Shown here: positions 63,222-64,000 of the stretch, in pieces
Layout of the letters: every line of letters begins with the position of its first letter
How positions within the stretch are numbered: position 1 is the stretch's first letter
NCBI GenBank assembly: GCA_020025655.1
Contig: JAHHRR010000001.1
Span: 4,951 to 68,950 of the forward strand
Direction: 5' to 3'
Source of the DNA: Oscillospiraceae bacterium
GTDB taxonomy: Bacteria; Bacillota; Clostridia; Oscillospirales; Oscillospiraceae
DNA: 64,000 nucleotides
Position numbers and translations under genes: made by a program
The notes under the pieces: generated by a model
What the model saw: the letters and a program-made list of their open reading frames with translations, nothing else
What the model was told of the DNA's origin: nothing
The model's database searches: none

Positions 63222-64000
63222 ATGGAATTAACAAATTATAATGAAATAACAGCACTTCTCAACCGCCATGGATTCAGATTTTCAAAGTCCATGGGACAGA
63301 ACTTCCTCACCGCCCGCTGGGTTCCGGAGGAAATAGCAGAAGGTGCAATGATTGATGAAAATACCGGCGTTCTTGAAGTGGGCCCCGGTATAGGCTGCCT
63401 TACGGCAGAGCTTTCCCAGAGAGCCGGAAAGGTGGTTTCGGTTGAGCTTGATAAAAGCCTTAAGCCCGTGCTTGCCGAGACTCTCGAGGGAAGAGAAAAT
63501 GTGGAAATCGTATTTGCAGATGTACTGAAGCTGGATATCGGGGAGCTTGTAAAAGAAAAATTTCAGGGCCTCAGACCGGTTATATGTGCAAATCTGCCTT
63601 ACAATGTGACAACACCTCTCATAACAGCGTTTATTGAAAGCGGATGCTTTGACAGTATTACAGTTATGATTCAGCGTGAGGTTGCAAAGAGAATCTGCGC
63701 AGAGGCTAATACTGCCGATTACGGCGCTTTTGGCATTTTTGTGAATTACTACATGGAGCCTGAGATGCTTTTTGATGTACCTCCGTCCTGCTTCGTGCCT
63801 CAGCCTAAGGTTACATCATCTGTTATCAGAATGAAAAAACGTCAGGAGCCGCCGGTGAAGGTGAAGGACGAAGAACTGCTGTTTAAAGTGGTCAGAGCGG
63901 CCTTTAATCAGCGCCGAAAAACACTCTGCAATGCACTCAGCTCGGCATTCGGCAATTTAGACAAGGAGATAATTCAGAATATTATCGAAAAATGCGGATT
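63222..64000 (+). CDS. rsmA: 16S rRNA (adenine1518/1519-N6)-dimethyltransferase RsmA/KsgA; 3' end lies beyond the window
   Basis: My translation reads MELTNYNEITALLNRHGFRFSKSMGQNFL...VLEVGPGIGCLT...NLPYNVTTP, which is canonical KsgA. Confidence 0.9.
   Translation, partial: MELTNYNEITALLNRHGFRFSKSMGQNFLTARWVPEEIAEGAMIDENTGVLEVGPGIGCLTAELSQRAGKVVSVELDKSLKPVLAETLEGRENVEIVFADVLKLDIGELVKEKFQGLRPVICANLPYNVTTPLITAFIESGCFDSITVMIQREVAKRICAEANTADYGAFGIFVNYYMEPEMLFDVPPSCFVPQPKVTSSVIRMKKRQEPPVKVKDEELLFKVVRAAFNQRRKTLCNALSSAFGNLDKEIIQNIIEKCG

Noticed and set aside
1-64000. A search for CRISPR arrays, IS elements/transposases, integrases, phage genes, toxin-antitoxin pairs, restriction-modification genes or other defence genes, and rRNA.
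   Set aside because: No repeat-spacer periodicity, terminal inverted repeats, or recombinase or nuclease motifs were seen. The two tRNA genes are not flanked by integrase genes or direct repeats. The window appears to be core chromosome.

Overview
The window looks like a 64-kb chromosomal segment from a moderate-GC Firmicutes/Clostridia-type genome. The taxon guess rests only on gene content, GGAGG ribosome-binding sites and sigma-A-like promoters. I support about 54 protein-coding genes and 2 tRNAs (Leu-UAA and Val-GAC). Coding density is high, and Rho-independent terminators are common and often bidirectional. I saw no rRNA, CRISPR array, transposase, integrase or prophage signature, so this reads as core genome rather than an accessory island.

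Content falls into two groups:
- Housekeeping: pepF, htpG, hemW, metG, rlmA, and the conserved ylxM-ffh-rpsP-KH-rimM-trmD-rsmA neighbourhood.
- Cell envelope and glycan functions: lgt plus a divergent lgt paralogue, a phosphodiester glycosidase, a beta-lactamase-fold protein, VanW, a 3xLysM surface protein, rfbAB, two GtrB-like GT2 enzymes, a GtrA flippase-like protein, a GT-C/GT39 transferase, an M16 peptidase pair, and a 2331-aa cyclic beta-1,2-glucan synthase-like giant.

The items most worth a second look are:
1. A translationally coupled pair of G3E/COG0523-type GTPases. The first carries a (HDHEHDEHCH)x5 tandem repeat. The second is fused to a DUF1980-like Cys-Cys-Asp domain. A HAD hydrolase follows.
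2. The Cgs-like GT84 plus GH94 giant in a Gram-positive context.
3. A TrmD-GNAT fusion.
4. An AAA_28 NTPase-CYTH fusion.
5. A shared, unexplained leader element upstream of hlyIII and one degV paralogue. It consists of an exact 13-mer plus two ordered 9-mers and CTAC/GTAG alternative-pairing segments.

I cannot demonstrate a clearly novel multi-gene system from sequence alone. These are candidates. All product calls come from motif recognition by eye, not from database searches.
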